From Chiloscyllium plagiosum (taxonomy: Eukaryota), in the NCBI RefSeq assembly GCF_004010195.1, contig NC_057718.1, positions 95,769,147-95,833,146 of the forward strand: a stretch of 64,000 bases of DNA, in the 5' to 3' direction. A program made the translations under genes and the position numbers. How positions within the stretch are numbered: position 1 is the stretch's first letter; each line of letters starts with the position of its first letter. Under the pieces are notes generated by a model. It was not told where the DNA came from. It was given only the letters and a program-made list of their open reading frames with translations, and did not search any database. Shown in pieces: positions 12,525-24,299 of the stretch.

Positions 12525-12902
12525 GATCATAGATCATAGCGTCCCTATAGTGTGGAAACAGGTCATTTGACCCAACAAGTGCATACTGACCCTCCGAAGA
12601 GTAACCCACCCAGACCCATTCCCCTACCCTATTACTCTACATTTACACCTGACTAATGCACCTAACCTACACATCCCTGAACACCATGGACAATGTAGCA
12701 TGGCTAATTTACCTGACCTGCACATCTTTGGACTTTGGGAGGAAACCAGAGCACCCAGAGGAAATCCATGAGTTTCACTTGGATGAAGGTGAACCTCTGG
12801 AATTTATTCTACAGAAGGTTGTGGAGGCTGGGTCACTGAGAATGTACAAACTCCACATGGACAGTTGCCCAAGGTTGGAATCGAATCCAGGTCCCTGGTG
12901 CA
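12525..12902 (-). mobile_element. HE1-like SINE with ~75-bp CR1-derived insert (~12768-12845)
   Basis: Reverse complement of SINE tail, core and B box; internal ctctggaatttattctacagaaggttgtggaggctgggtcactgag is a CR1 ORF2 end. Confidence 0.8.
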
Positions 12903-13217
12903 AAAGGGGTCTTTGTTGAAATCAAGTTCATCTTTTTTTCTCCAGAGGGCTTTGTTTCCTGGGGCATAGTATTAAAGATAAGTCACTTGAATGAACACCC
13001 AAGTTGTCTTATTAGGTTGGCTGGGACTTTGCTATGAGAGACTGTGCAGTGATAGGATCAGAACTAAAGGCTGTTTCATTGGCTAATTTAGACTGAAACT
13101 GGTCATCAGAGTTTTGGGATGCTTTCCTCGCATTTTCTCTAAGTTGCATTCGTCCATATCTTGAAGAAAGCTAAACAAAGTAAAACCTTTCCAAACATTA
13201 ACCACAAGTACGTAACT

Positions 13218-13605
13218 GATACAAAAACGGAAATTGCTGGAGAAACTCAACATGTCTGGCAGCATTGGTGGAGAGAGAATCAGGGAATCCATTGATGCTG
13301 TACATATCTATTCTTCTGAAGAGTTAACTCTGTTTCTCTTCACATATTTGAGAGTGTGGTGCTGGAAAAGTACAGCAGGTCAGGTAGCATCCGAGGAGCA
13401 GGAGAATTGACGTTTCAGGCAAAAGCCTTTTATTCCGGATGTTGCCTGACCTGCTGTGCTTTTCCAGCACCACACTCTCGACTCTGATCTCCAGCATCTG
13501 CAGCCCTCACTTTCTCCTAGTTGATTCTTTCCACATATGCTGAGATTCTCCGGGAATTTCAGTTTTTGATTCAAATCTTCGGCATCCACAGTTCTATGTT
13601 TTATT
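13218..13605. mobile_element. Family A PLE foldback with nested family B PLE foldback (13348-13524)
   Basis: Inner inverted arms gagagtgtggtgctggaaaag / cttttccagcaccacactctc; flanking duplication cacatat (13341-13347, 13532-13538). Confidence 0.75.
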
Positions 13606-13911
13606 TTAGTATCTCACTGATATTTGCTTTCCATCTATTGCTTGATTTTGTATTGAACTTTTTGGTTTTAGGCTATCCCAAAACAGCTGTGATTTTCTAT
13701 TCAAGATGGTGCAGTGGTGATTGATTCTCAGGTTTCTGCTGACTCCTAGTGTAAGGGCAGCCAGAGCTGCTATTTACTTCCACTCAGCTCCAGCTTGGCG
13801 TTGTGATTTGTGTGATTATTGTGCAAGGCAGAGAAAATGAGATTGGAACTGTAGCAGAAAATGTTCAATTGAAGTTGTTTCAATTGACGGATCATTTTGG
13901 TGTCGCACTGA

Positions 13912-14190
13912 TGTAGAAAATGGGAACAAGAGTTGTCCATTCAACCCTTTGAGCCATCATTCAATAGGACCATGGCTGATCCTTTATCCCAATGCCATAT
14001 TCCCACTTTTTTCTCCCAAACGCCATGGTGCTTTTAATATTGAAAATGCTGTCTTTCTCTTTTTGAATGTACTCAAGTGACTGTCATCCTAGTTAGGCCC
14101 ATCTATTCTGTCTGGCCCCGTTAGAATCTGATATGTTTTAATCAGATCCCCTCTAAAACTTCCTTCTAAACTCTAATGAGTACAATGTCT
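13912..14190 (-). mobile_element. Degenerate CR1 3' end
   Basis: ccattcaacccttt...ccatcattcaataggaccatggctgatc, reverse complement of CR1 3' UTRs elsewhere in the window. Confidence 0.6.
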
Positions 14191-14799
14191 CTCTCAGGCT
14201 TCAGGTATGAAGGAAGTGTCATTTCAGATTTGAAACATTAACACTGTTTTCCCCTCTGCACAGATGCTGCTATGTATCTCCAGCAGTTTCTTTTTTTTTG
14301 AGGTTTCCAGCATCCGCAATATTTCACTTTTATCGAAGGTTTAATTGGAGTGCAAATGTTTGGTGTACCCTCTGCCATGCAGTGCGCCGGTGAAAATATT
14401 CAAACACTCACTTGCTCATCTGCTGGTACATCAGGAGATACTTTCCCCACACCCTCACAGTGATGGAAGAAACATGAAAAAGCTTCTTGTTTGACTGGTG
14501 GTCCATCTCAAGCCTCTAACCTCTTTGATCCACTGCAATCTCCCTTGTCTTTATTGATACTGCTGTGTTAGTTGCTTGTCTTTTTCTCTTCTTCCTTGTG
14601 TTGTCTTTGTGTGAAAATGAAGCCTTGATCCTCTCTTTGCTACCCTTATCACATTCTTTCCTATAATCACAAATCTTAACTCCCTCAGCATTCCCTTCTA
14701 ACAATGATCTACTGGCACTTGAAGTGTAAGTTTGATGTGACCACTCAATGTTTCTTAATTTAGGTTAATGATTTACAATCTGGTTTGTGGCAGCACAGT

Positions 14800-15256
14800 G
14801 ACTTATTAAGTTAAAATGAGTGAATGAATGAGCTGGAGATATCAGTTCAAAACCCGCTGTCGTTGGGAAATTTAACTTTAGTTAATTGAATAAAGATCGG
14901 GAAATATTAAAAGAAGCTAATGTCAGTAACAGTGACCATGAACCTAATGAATTGTTGTAAAAATCCATCTCCTTCACTAATGTCTTTCAGAGAAAGACAT
15001 TTGTTGTCCTTAAGGAGAAGCTGGAGATCAGAGCTGAAAATGTGTTGCTGGAAAAGCGCAGCAGGTCAGGCAGCATCCAAGGAGCAGGAGAATCGACGTT
15101 TCGGGCATAAGCCCTGTCCTTACCCAGTCTATCACTCCAATCCAAGTCACTCAGTTATGTTGTGAAGGCAACTCACCACTGCCTCCTCCAATGCAATTAG
15201 AGCTGGACAGTAAATGCTGGCCTTGACTATGTCACTGGAACCACTTGAATAAAAAC
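14800..15256 (+). mobile_element. Old SINE whose 3' tail matches the 7903-type LINE, interrupted by a PLE pLTR (15013-15114)
   Basis: agttcaaaaccc B-box remnant; tail gcaattag..taaatgctggcc; insert flanked by tgtcctta (15005-15012, 15115-15122). Confidence 0.6.
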
Positions 15257-16369
15257 AAATTGCCTTATTTCCTAATCTTTGATGGGGAGTTGCACAATGG
15301 AGTTTGGCTCATGCCCATGTTGTTGGATTGGAAACATGTGTTAATTATCTGGGGCAATGCATTCGGTTACGGATTGGTAGCCAGAGGATTCCTTTAACCC
15401 TCATACAACAGGGTTCTGATTTCCACTCTGTGACTAAGGGAGGCGGCAAAACAAAGGAAAAGCAAGAAAACGAAGCAAGGGAAACACTTCCTTTGCACTG
15501 TTCCAGGACACTTCACAGCAGGTGGTCACAGAGTGGCAGTGACCTCTCAGTGCCTTGGGACAAAGTATGAAGAGAAAAAAATCCAAACATGCACAAATGA
15601 TTATCATTCTGTCCAAATGGCGGTTTCAGTATAGCTTCACAGTCCAGTTCACAAAGAATGTAGGGAAAATAAATGAAAATATTTGACCTTTGGACAGCCT
15701 TGAAACCTCAGCTGTTGGATCTGATTCCGACAGGCAAAACAATGAGATGTAAGTGGCTGTCTGTACAGTGATCAGTGCGGAAATAAAAAAGCAACAGGAT
15801 CACATCCAACTTTCTGATACTTGACCAGAGTTCTATCAATCTTCTGTCAAATCGAAGGAACTCTCATGGAGATCATGCCCTGGGACGTTTGTTGACACTT
15901 GTTTAGCACCACAGAGCATGCAAATCGATCATTAGAATGGTGAAACACTTGTCTGAACGTTCCGATAAAAATAACATCCTGCAGATGCCGGAAATCTGAA
16001 ACAAACACCGAGTCATGCTGCAGGAAAGTGGATGTGAGGAATGTCGGATCGGGCACAATCCTATTGAACGGTGGAGCAACATCGAGAGGCTGGATGATCT
16101 ACACTTGTTCCTATTTCATGTGGTCTTACTGGACTTGAAATATGAACTCTGTCATCTCTCTCCATGTATGTTGTCAGATCCGCTGAGTTTCACCAGTACT
16201 CTGTGTTTATTTCAGAACACGAACGTTTCCTGATTCTGGAGCAGAGCTGGACAAAGTAGAATAATAAACAATTGTTGGGTGCTTCTGGCGACTTTTCAAC
16301 TGCATCGTCAATTGGTAACGTTATTGCCTCTGAGCCACAAGGTTCATGTTCCAGCCTTGAAGGCCATGA

Positions 16370-16530
16370 ATAAAACAAAGAACTGTCAGTCCAAACCAAA
16401 ATCAGAAATAGCTGGGCAGACTCAGCAGGTCTGGCACCGTCTGTGGAGAGAAGACAGAGTCAATGTTTCGGGTCCAAAGGCCCTTTTTCAATTCTTGGGA
16501 CCTGCTAAGGTCCAGCAATTTGTGTTTTCG
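16370..16530. mobile_element. Degenerate family A PLE pLTR
   Basis: ctcagcaggtctggca..ctgtggagagaagacagagtcaatgtttcgggtc, similar to 897-1110. Confidence 0.6.
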
Positions 16531-16581
16531 ACCGAGCATCCAGGGCTTGAATTGGCACACTGACATAGATATTTGAGGGAA

Positions 16582-18250
16582 CATAGAACATAGAAAAATA
16601 CAGCACAGTACAGGCCCTTTGGCCCTCGATGTTGCGCCGATCCAAGCCCACCTAACCTACACTAGCCCACTATCCTCCATATGCCTATCCAATGCCCGTT
16701 TAAATGCCCATAAAGAGGGAGAGTCCACCACTGCTACTGGCAGGGCATTCCATGAACTCACNNNNNNNNNNNNNNNNNNNNNNNNNNNNNNNNNNNNNNN
16801 NNNNNNNNNNNNNNNNNNNNNNNNNNNNNNNNNNNNNNNNNNNNNNNNNNNNNNNNNNNNNNNNNNNNNNNNNNNNNNNNNNNNNNNNNNNNNNNNNNNN
16901 NNNNNNNNNNNNNNNNNNNNNNNNNNNNNNNNNNNNNNNNNNNNNNNNNNNNNNNNNNNNNNNNNNNNNNNNNNNNNNNNNNNNNNNNNNNNNNNNNNNN
17001 NNNNNNNNNNNNNNNNNNNNNNNNNNNNNNNNNNNNNNNNNNNNNNNNNNNNNNNNNNNNNNNNNNNNNNNNNNNNNNNNNNNNNNNNNNNNNNNNNNNN
17101 NNNNNNNNNNNNNNNNNNNNNNNNNNNNNNNNNNNNNNNNNNNNNNNNNNNNNNNNNNNNNNNNNNNNNNNNNNNNNNNNNNNNNNNNNNNNNNNNNNNN
17201 NNNNNNNNNNNNNNNNNNNNNNNNNNNNNNNNNNNNNNNNNNNNNNNNNNNNNNNNNNNNNNNNNNNNNNNNNNNNNNNNNNNNNNNNNNNNNNNNNNNN
17301 NNNNNNNNNNNNNNNNNNNNNNNNNNNNNNNNNNNNNNNNNNNNNNNNNNNNNNNNNNNNNNNNNNNNNNNNNNNNNNNNNNNNNNNNNNNNNNNNNNNN
17401 NNNNNNNNNNNNNNNNNNNNNNNNNNNNNNNNNNNNNNNNNNNNNNNNNNNNNNNNNNNNNNNNNNNNNNNNNNNNNNNNNNNNNNNNNNNNNNNNAGTA
17501 GCCTACCATGGTGAACCTTATCAAACGCCTTACTAAAATCCATTTATACCACATCTACCGCTTTCCCCTCATCAACCTCCTTCGTCACCTTTTCAAAGAA
17601 TTCAATAAGGTTTGTGAGGCATGACTTGCCCTTCACAAAACCATGCTGACTATCCTTGGTCACATTATTCCTATCCAGATGTTCATAAATCCTATCCCTT
17701 ACAATTCTCTCTAAGACTTTGCCCACAACAGAAGTGAGACTCACCGGCCTATAGTTACTCGGGTTATCCCTACTCCCCTTCTTGAACAAGGAAAGCACAT
17801 TTGCTATCCTCAGTCTACTGGCATTATTCCTGTAGACAACGAGGACATAAAAATCAAGGCCAATGGCTCTGCAATCTCCTCCCTTGCTTCCCAGAGAATC
17901 CTAGGATAAATGCCATCAGGCCCAGGGGACTTATCTATTTTCACCCTTTCCAGAACTTCCAACACCTCTTCCCTACATACCTCAAAGCCGTCCATTCTAA
18001 TTAATTGTGACTCAATATTCACATCGGCAACAATGTCCTGTTCCTGAGTGAATACTGATGAAAAGTATTCATTCAGTGTCTCCCCAATCTCTTCAGCCTC
18101 CACACGCAACTTCCCACTACTATCCTTGACTGGACCTATTCCTACCCTAGTCATTCTTTTATTCCTGACATACCTATTGAAAGCTTTAGGGTTTTCCCTA
18201 ATCCTACCAGCTAAGGACTTTTCATGTCCCCTCCTTGCTGCTCTTAGCTC
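16582..18250 (-). mobile_element. Young CR1 LINE, RT region, spans assembly gap
   Basis: KIDKSPGPDGIYPRILWE, NYRPVSLTSVVGKVLE, QHGFVKGKSCLTNLIEFFE, MDFSKAFDKV; catagaa tail at 16582. Confidence 0.95.
16762..17496. other. Assembly gap (N run)
   Basis: Run of n. Confidence 1.
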
Positions 18251-18284
18251 TAATGTGGCATTATCAGAGAATCTAATCTAGATT

Positions 18285-18455
18285 CATGTTAAACTGCCCA
18301 TAGTGTTCAGGGATGTGTAGGCTGGGTGCGTTAGTTAGGGGGAATGTAAAGTAATAGGGTAAGGGGAATGGGTCTGGATGGGTTACTCTTCGGATGGTCA
18401 ATGTGGGCTTGTTGGGCCAAAGGGCCTGTTTCTACACTGTAGGGATTCTATACTA
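18285..18455 (+). mobile_element. HE1-like SINE 3' part
   Basis: catgttaaactgcccatagtgttcagg...gggcctgtttctacactgtagggattcta. Confidence 0.8.
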
Positions 18456-18624
18456 TTCTATCAAACATACACACACACACAAAAACAGTTCAATAAACTT
18501 AGATATAAGCCAAGAACAGATGTAGGCCATTCAGCCCTTCAGGCCTGCTACATCATTCAATAAGGTCATGGCTGATCTGATTGTAACCTCAACTCTACAT
18601 TCCTGTGGTGAAGGAAGGGAGGGT

Positions 18625-18940
18625 TGGGAAGATCAGAACCAGGGTTCAGAGTTTAAGGATAAGGAGTAAGTCATTTAGGACAGAGATGAGGAGAGATATC
18701 TTCACCCAAAGAGTGGTAAGCCTGTGAAATTCACTCCCAAAGAAAGTGGGTGAGGCCAAAACATTATGTGCTTTCAAGAAGGATGGCTAAAGAGATAAGC
18801 TCTTCTGCTTTTCTTTGAAACAATGTCAGGTTGGGAGTAGGGTAGTGTTGAGCTTGATAATCAGCCATGATCTTATTGAATGATGGAGCAGGCTTGAGAT
18901 TTCGAATGGCCTACTCTTACCTTCTACGTTGCTGTATTTC
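18625..18940 (+). mobile_element. CR1 3' end
   Basis: ttaggacagagatgaggagagatatcttcacccaaagagtggtaagcctgtg; 3' UTR cagccatgatcttattgaatg. Confidence 0.72.
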
Positions 18941-19104
18941 CTGCATATTCCTGATAACCTTTAATCCCTTTAGTAATCTTTAGACAAAAACAGAAAGTGC
19001 TGGAGAAGCGCAACAAGTTCAGCAGCATCAATGGAGACAAAAACAGAGCTAACATTTCACACCCTCTGACTCATCCTTAGTGATACAATGGACAGATGTG
19101 ACGT

Positions 19105-19372
19105 CATAGAATGCCTATAGTGTGGAAGCAGCCCATTTGCCCCTTCAAATCCACACTGAAACTCTGAAGAGCCTGTCCCTCCAACCCTCAATTTCCCATG
19201 GCAAAGCCACCTAACCTGCAAATCTTCGGACTGTGGGAGGAAACCAGAGCACCCAGAGGAAGTCCACGCAGATACAGGAAGAATGTGCAAACTCCACACA
19301 GTTGCCTGAGGCTGGAATTGAACCCAGATCCCTGGCACTATGAGGCAGCAGTGCCAACCACTGAGCCACTGT
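19105..19372 (-). mobile_element. HE1-like SINE
   Basis: Reverse complement of head (ccactgagccac) and core. Confidence 0.85.
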
Positions 19373-19473
19373 ACCTCCTGGCTGAGGGATGGAGACTCTA
19401 CCACAAGAATCTTTTGCCTAATCATAAAATATGCAGAGATCATAACCTCTGCCTTTGTCCTGTTTTTTGTTAT

Positions 19474-20170
19474 TGTTACGACACGGGGTAAACCCTCCTA
19501 CTTAATTTAAAACCAGCAACACAGAAAAGATTTATCCTGTGCAGCAGTCTGTAAAATGCAAGTGGCCAAGAACTATGTAAAGTAAAAATTAACAACTTTA
19601 TTTCTTCAGCGAATAATTCACTAACCACTATTTATAACTCCTTCCTCTAACCTATCTTTTACCTTCCCTTCTATAATACCAGTCCGATAAAACTCCTAAT
19701 TAAGATTCACAAAACAACACTTCTTATCTCAAAACCAGGTAACTGTAGGTTCTTGTCTTCAGATCTTCCTGTGTCGTCTTTTCCTTTGGTTAAGGATTTA
19801 CAGGTTACTGATCAAAAAGGTGCCTTTTTGAGGGAGAGGTTTTTTCAAGTGATCTACATACTAGGTCGTGGCAGTTCTCCTCTCAAAAGTTCAATTTCCC
19901 TCCAGTCTTATACCCACAAAGCATCGGATAGTGTCCTTAGCTTTTAAGATTGTCAATATACTCACTTCAAACTGGATTGGAAATTGGTATTTTTTGGGGT
20001 ATAATGTAAATGGATTGCTGAATTCGAATTCGTTTTTGTCTCCAGGCAATGAGCTAATTGAGTTGTTGGATCAAGTGTTACATTGTTACCTTATTGAGAA
20101 CACTTGGTACTGTGTCCAGTAGTTCTGCTGCTTTTAACTCTCTTAAAGGTACACCCACATCTTCATAACA
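19474..20170. mobile_element. Solo LTR (probably Gypsy-type), 697 bp
   Basis: Termini TGTTACGA...TCATAACA (short inverted repeat); 4-bp flanks ttat/ttac. Confidence 0.65.
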
Positions 20171-20308
20171 TTACATATCACTTGCCTTCATGACTCATTG
20201 TTGGAGTCCTATTAATAAGATTTCCACCTCATCTAGCCACAACCGTTGTTTATTCATTCTATCCATGAACATTTTCTTTGGCTTTTGCACCAAACAATAT
20301 TTGTTAGA

Positions 20309-20439
20309 ATAAAACAAAAAACCATGGGCACTGGAGATCTGAAACAAAAACAGCAATTGCTGGCAAGACTTAGCAGGTCTGGAGGCATCTGTGGGAAGAG
20401 ATCAGAGTTAATGTTTCAAGTCTCGTAACTCTTCATCAG
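20309..20439 (-). mobile_element. Family A PLE pLTR with hammerhead-like core
   Basis: Minus strand gttctgatgaagagttacgagacttgaaacattaac; flanks aacaatatttgttaga (20293-20308) / aacaatgtttgttaga (20440-20455). Confidence 0.75.
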
Positions 20440-20747
20440 AACAATGTTTGTTAGATGATATCTCTTGCTGTCTGCTCTATCAAGAACCTTCTGTTGGTTC
20501 ATCCTGGCTCCTGAACTATCTTAAAGACTCTTAGGTTTCTATCCCTCATCAGTTCTGATGAAAGTTCATTGATCTAAAACTTGGTTCCTGGTCATAGATG
20601 TGCGGAATATTTCGAGCAAATCTCTTTGCTTTTATTTCAGTTTTCCAGCCACCACAGTACTTCACTTCCATGCTAACATTAAATTTATTTTATAAATGCT
20701 GATTATCTAGTTATTGTTAAATTGCAGTTTGTGGGGTTTACCAACCC

Positions 20748-21464
20748 ACCTTCCACTCCTGGCACCTTCCCTTGCCGCCGCAAGAGATGTAAAACCTGCA
20801 CCCACACCCCCCCCCACACCCCCCCCCCCCCCCACCCCACCTACGTCCAAGGCCCCACAGAATCATTTCACATCCAGCAGAGATTGTCCTGCACATCATC
20901 TACTGTGTCCATTGCTCTCGATGTGGTCTCCTGTACATTGGGAGACAGGATACTAACTCGCGGAATGTTTCAGGGAATATCTCTGGGACACACGCAACAA
21001 CAAACCCCACTGCCCTGTGGCCAACCACTTCAACTCCCCCTCCCACTCTGCCAAGGACATACAGGTCCTGGGCCTTCTTCACCACCAAATCCTTGCCACC
21101 CGACGCCTGGAGGAAGACCGCCTTCGGACCCTCCAACCCAATGGCATCAACGTCAACTTCACCAGTTTCCTCATTTCCCCTCACCCTATCTTATCCCAGA
21201 TCCAACCCTCCAACCCGGCACTGCCCTGTTAACTTGTCCTATCTGTCCATCTTCCTTCCCACCTATTCACTGCGCCGTCATCTCTGAGCTATCCATTTGC
21301 ACCTATCTTCCGAGTTACCTTCCTCCACAACCCTCTTACTTATCTCTCAGCCCACTTCCCTCCCTCATATTCCTGATGAAGGGCTTATGCCCGAAACGTC
21401 GACTCTCCTGCTCCTTGGATGCTGCCTGATCGGCTGCTCTTTTCCAGCACCACACTTTTCGACT
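20748..21464 (+). mobile_element. Penelope-like (Neptune-type) element 3' end: Cys linker, GIY-YIG endonuclease, pLTR with hammerhead
   Basis: PGTFPCRRKRCKTC; CSRCGLLYIG; VANHFNSPSHSAKDIQVLGL; TLQPNGIN; ctgatgaagggcttatgcccgaaacgtc at 21373-21400. Confidence 0.88.
21373..21400 (+). ncRNA. Minimal type I hammerhead ribozyme motif (PLE-type)
   Basis: CUGAUGA-A-GGGC(UUAU)GCCC-GAA-ACGU-C; canonical core with predicted GUC cleavage triplet. Confidence 0.75.
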
Positions 21465-21590
21465 GTGTACATTGGTAGCCATGTTTCCAACGTTACAACA
21501 GTGGCTAAATTTCAAAAGTGCTTTGTGGGCCACAAAGTGCTTTAAAATCTCCAGTGCTTGTGAGAAATGTGACATAACTACATGTTTTCC
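21465..21590 (+). mobile_element. DeuSINE/L2-type 3' tail; upstream part at ~20697-20747
   Basis: ttggtagccatgtttccaacgttacaacagtggctaaatttcaaaagtgc continues gattatctagttattgttaaattgcagtttgtggg across the PLE. Confidence 0.55.
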
Positions 21591-23264
21591 TTTCTTTAGA
21601 GAATTGCCAGAGAGAAGCTGGTGTATGTGTCCAATAAGATATGGTGCATATGCAAATATTCTTCATTATCAGGAGAAAGCATCTGAGTAGCTTGATATGG
21701 ATAACAAAACAAAAAGTTGGCAAGCTTCCTTTTTTTCCTCATTGAAATGTGGAGCACCAATTTCTCAGAGGTTTTCCAGGCCAGACGAACTTTGCAGATA
21801 TGGGCTGCACCCCCAAGTCCCTAATAATGATTAAAATGAGTCCGTCTATGGGATTTGAGATGGAAGTTAAAGATATAATCAGTGTTCTGAAGACCTGACA
21901 CACTTCTGGGTAACAGAGTAGAATTCCAGCTTTTCCAATCGCAATACACATTTGTGAGATTAAGTTCGTCCCTACAAAATGTTCTGTTTGTCAGTTTATG
22001 TTGTCATTAAAAAGTCGGAATGATTAAATTCTTTGGAAGAATTATTTAGCTTCAGTAATATTTGACTGATAGTGAAAGCAGTTTTAAATTTCAGTTTCCA
22101 TTTTCACATTATTATCGCTGGGGAGATTCAGCACTGGAATGTGACTCAAACAAAGGTTAAAACCAAATCCAATCTGTTGTTTCCCACCGCAAGTCTCTGC
22201 TTTACCTGTTAGGAGTAAGTCAAGCAGTACTGCTCTTTCTTTGTCCATCATCAGCTTGTAATCACTACTTTTATTTTCTGTTGACATTGCCAGGTGGGCT
22301 ATTCTTCTGTGTACAGGTTTGAGGCTTGTCTATCAGAGCAGCAGTGTTAGCCTCGAGCAGTTTCCATAAGCCCCTTCAAAAGGAAACATCTGAAGCACTT
22401 ACAAGCCTGTTTCTGACAAAATTCCCTGTTCAAAGGTATTGAGAACCCACAAATCTAAGGGATTCGTTTGAAACCTAAAACAAGGGTGGTACAGTGCTCG
22501 TTTGCGGAATATTTTTTTTCTCTCCGACATGAGGCCCTCAGGAAAGACGTTTGTCTGATAACTTAGAATATCATTCTTCAGCTAAAACTGAAGCCTCAGA
22601 AGTTGGACAGAAACATTAAATGATCATATGATTTCCAAAATGATACGGATACTATGCAAAAGAGTGGAACATGAGATGTGAAGCAGAGAGGAGCAGGTGT
22701 AGTCAATCGCCATATGCTTTGCTTTAGGCAATAAAACTAAATCCATACTGGTGGACACTGTGTGTCCAAAATAAAAGTATGTTATAGGCACTTAATGAGG
22801 TTGGGATTACAGGAGATCGCCACTTTAATCAGGAACATATTGGGAATTGTTCTTCACTTTGATGCAGAGAAAATTAAAGGCAGAGTCTTTTTGCTAAGCC
22901 TATGTCAAAGATTTTTAAATCTAATAAAAAATAAATATATTGGACCACTGCATTTGTATTTAAAGGCACTTTAAATAAAACAATTCTGCAGTGTTTCAAT
23001 GCCATATTGTGGTATTTAGATATTTTGCCTAAATATACATTTTTTTTAATTGATTGACTCTAAAACTGGCATATGACTTGTTGGACAAACAGGAAAAAAT
23101 TATGTAATGATTACAAGATGAGGCAGAATGTCATAGCTTCATTTACAACAGGTTCTAATTCTGGTTTGAGAATATGTTAGATCACTTCAGATTTCCTCAC
23201 AAATGTCCAAGTTGTTTGGAATGGGTTGCAAATGGTATTGTTGTTCTGCCATCCCATGTATGAC

Positions 23265-23430
23265 ACCAGATCCTCAGACACTGCATTCTGGAATTCGCTC
23301 TCTAAAACTCTTTTCTTTCTCAGTTTGTCTCCTCTAAGATGCTCCTGAAAATCTTTCTTGACTCAGCTTTTGGTCATCTGCATAAGATCTCCTCACCTGA
23401 CTTGGTGTCAAATTTTGTTTGATAGTGTTT
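23265..23430 (+). mobile_element. L2-like LINE 3' end
   Basis: tggaattcgctctctaaa (WNSLSK)...gactcagcttttggtcatctg. Confidence 0.55.
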
Positions 23431-23566
23431 TAATGAATTCTGGATACTTTTAATGAATGAACTGGACACCACACTAATGTAAACTGATATGAAAGACTTC
23501 ACTAAAATCTTCTTCACTCAAGTCCCAGTTTTATGTAATCTGACATCAATGGTGAGGCACAAAGCA

Positions 23567-23886
23567 CATGGTGGCTCAGTGGTTAGCACTGCTGCCTCAC
23601 AGCGTCAGGGACCCAGGTTTGATTCCAGCCTTGGGTAACTGTCTGTGTGGAGTTTGTATGTTCTCCCTGTGTCTGTGCTCCGGTTTCCTCCCACAGTCCA
23701 AAGATGTACAGGTTAGGTGAATTAACCATGCTAAATTGCCCATAGTGTTCAGGGATGTGTAAATTAGATGTTCTAGTCAAGGGCAAACCTAGGGTGTGGG
23801 AATGGGTCTGGGTAGGTTACCCTTCAGAGGGTCAGTGTGGACCTGTTGGGCCAAAGGGCCTGTTTCCATGCTGTAGGGATTCTATG
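23567..23886 (+). mobile_element. HE1-like SINE
   Basis: Head, core and tail present. Confidence 0.88.
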
Positions 23887-24299
23887 AAACAACAGATGGT
23901 GCTTCTAGGAAATGGCAAGAAAAGGGTTACAAGGTGTTGGCACTATATAAATGCTGGTTCTTGTTGTAAGGTATTGTAGAATAGACTGCTATTTGTGGGT
24001 TAGTGTGCCACATAAAATTAGCTTTTTCTCAGTTAATTGTAAGACTGAGAAAAGACCTGTTTGCCAAGTGTGTAGTCACACATAATTCACATGATCCTTG
24101 AGTGTGAGGGAGGAATGGGCGAAGAGTCAGAGACCACCAAGAGGAGAGGTGGAAACTCATGGTTGGAAACTAAATCAGCTCAGATTCGAGGGAGGCAAAA
24201 CTAGTAAAGGAAGTAAAGAAGTAGAAAGCAAAAATAGACAACAGATGAGGCACAAGCAAGCAGCAAATATAATTGGAATAAAGAATAATATTAAAAAAG

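Noticed and set aside
16619..17554. Long ORFs containing X runs (also 31573-32397 and 42544-43242)
   Set aside because: Artefacts of N gaps.
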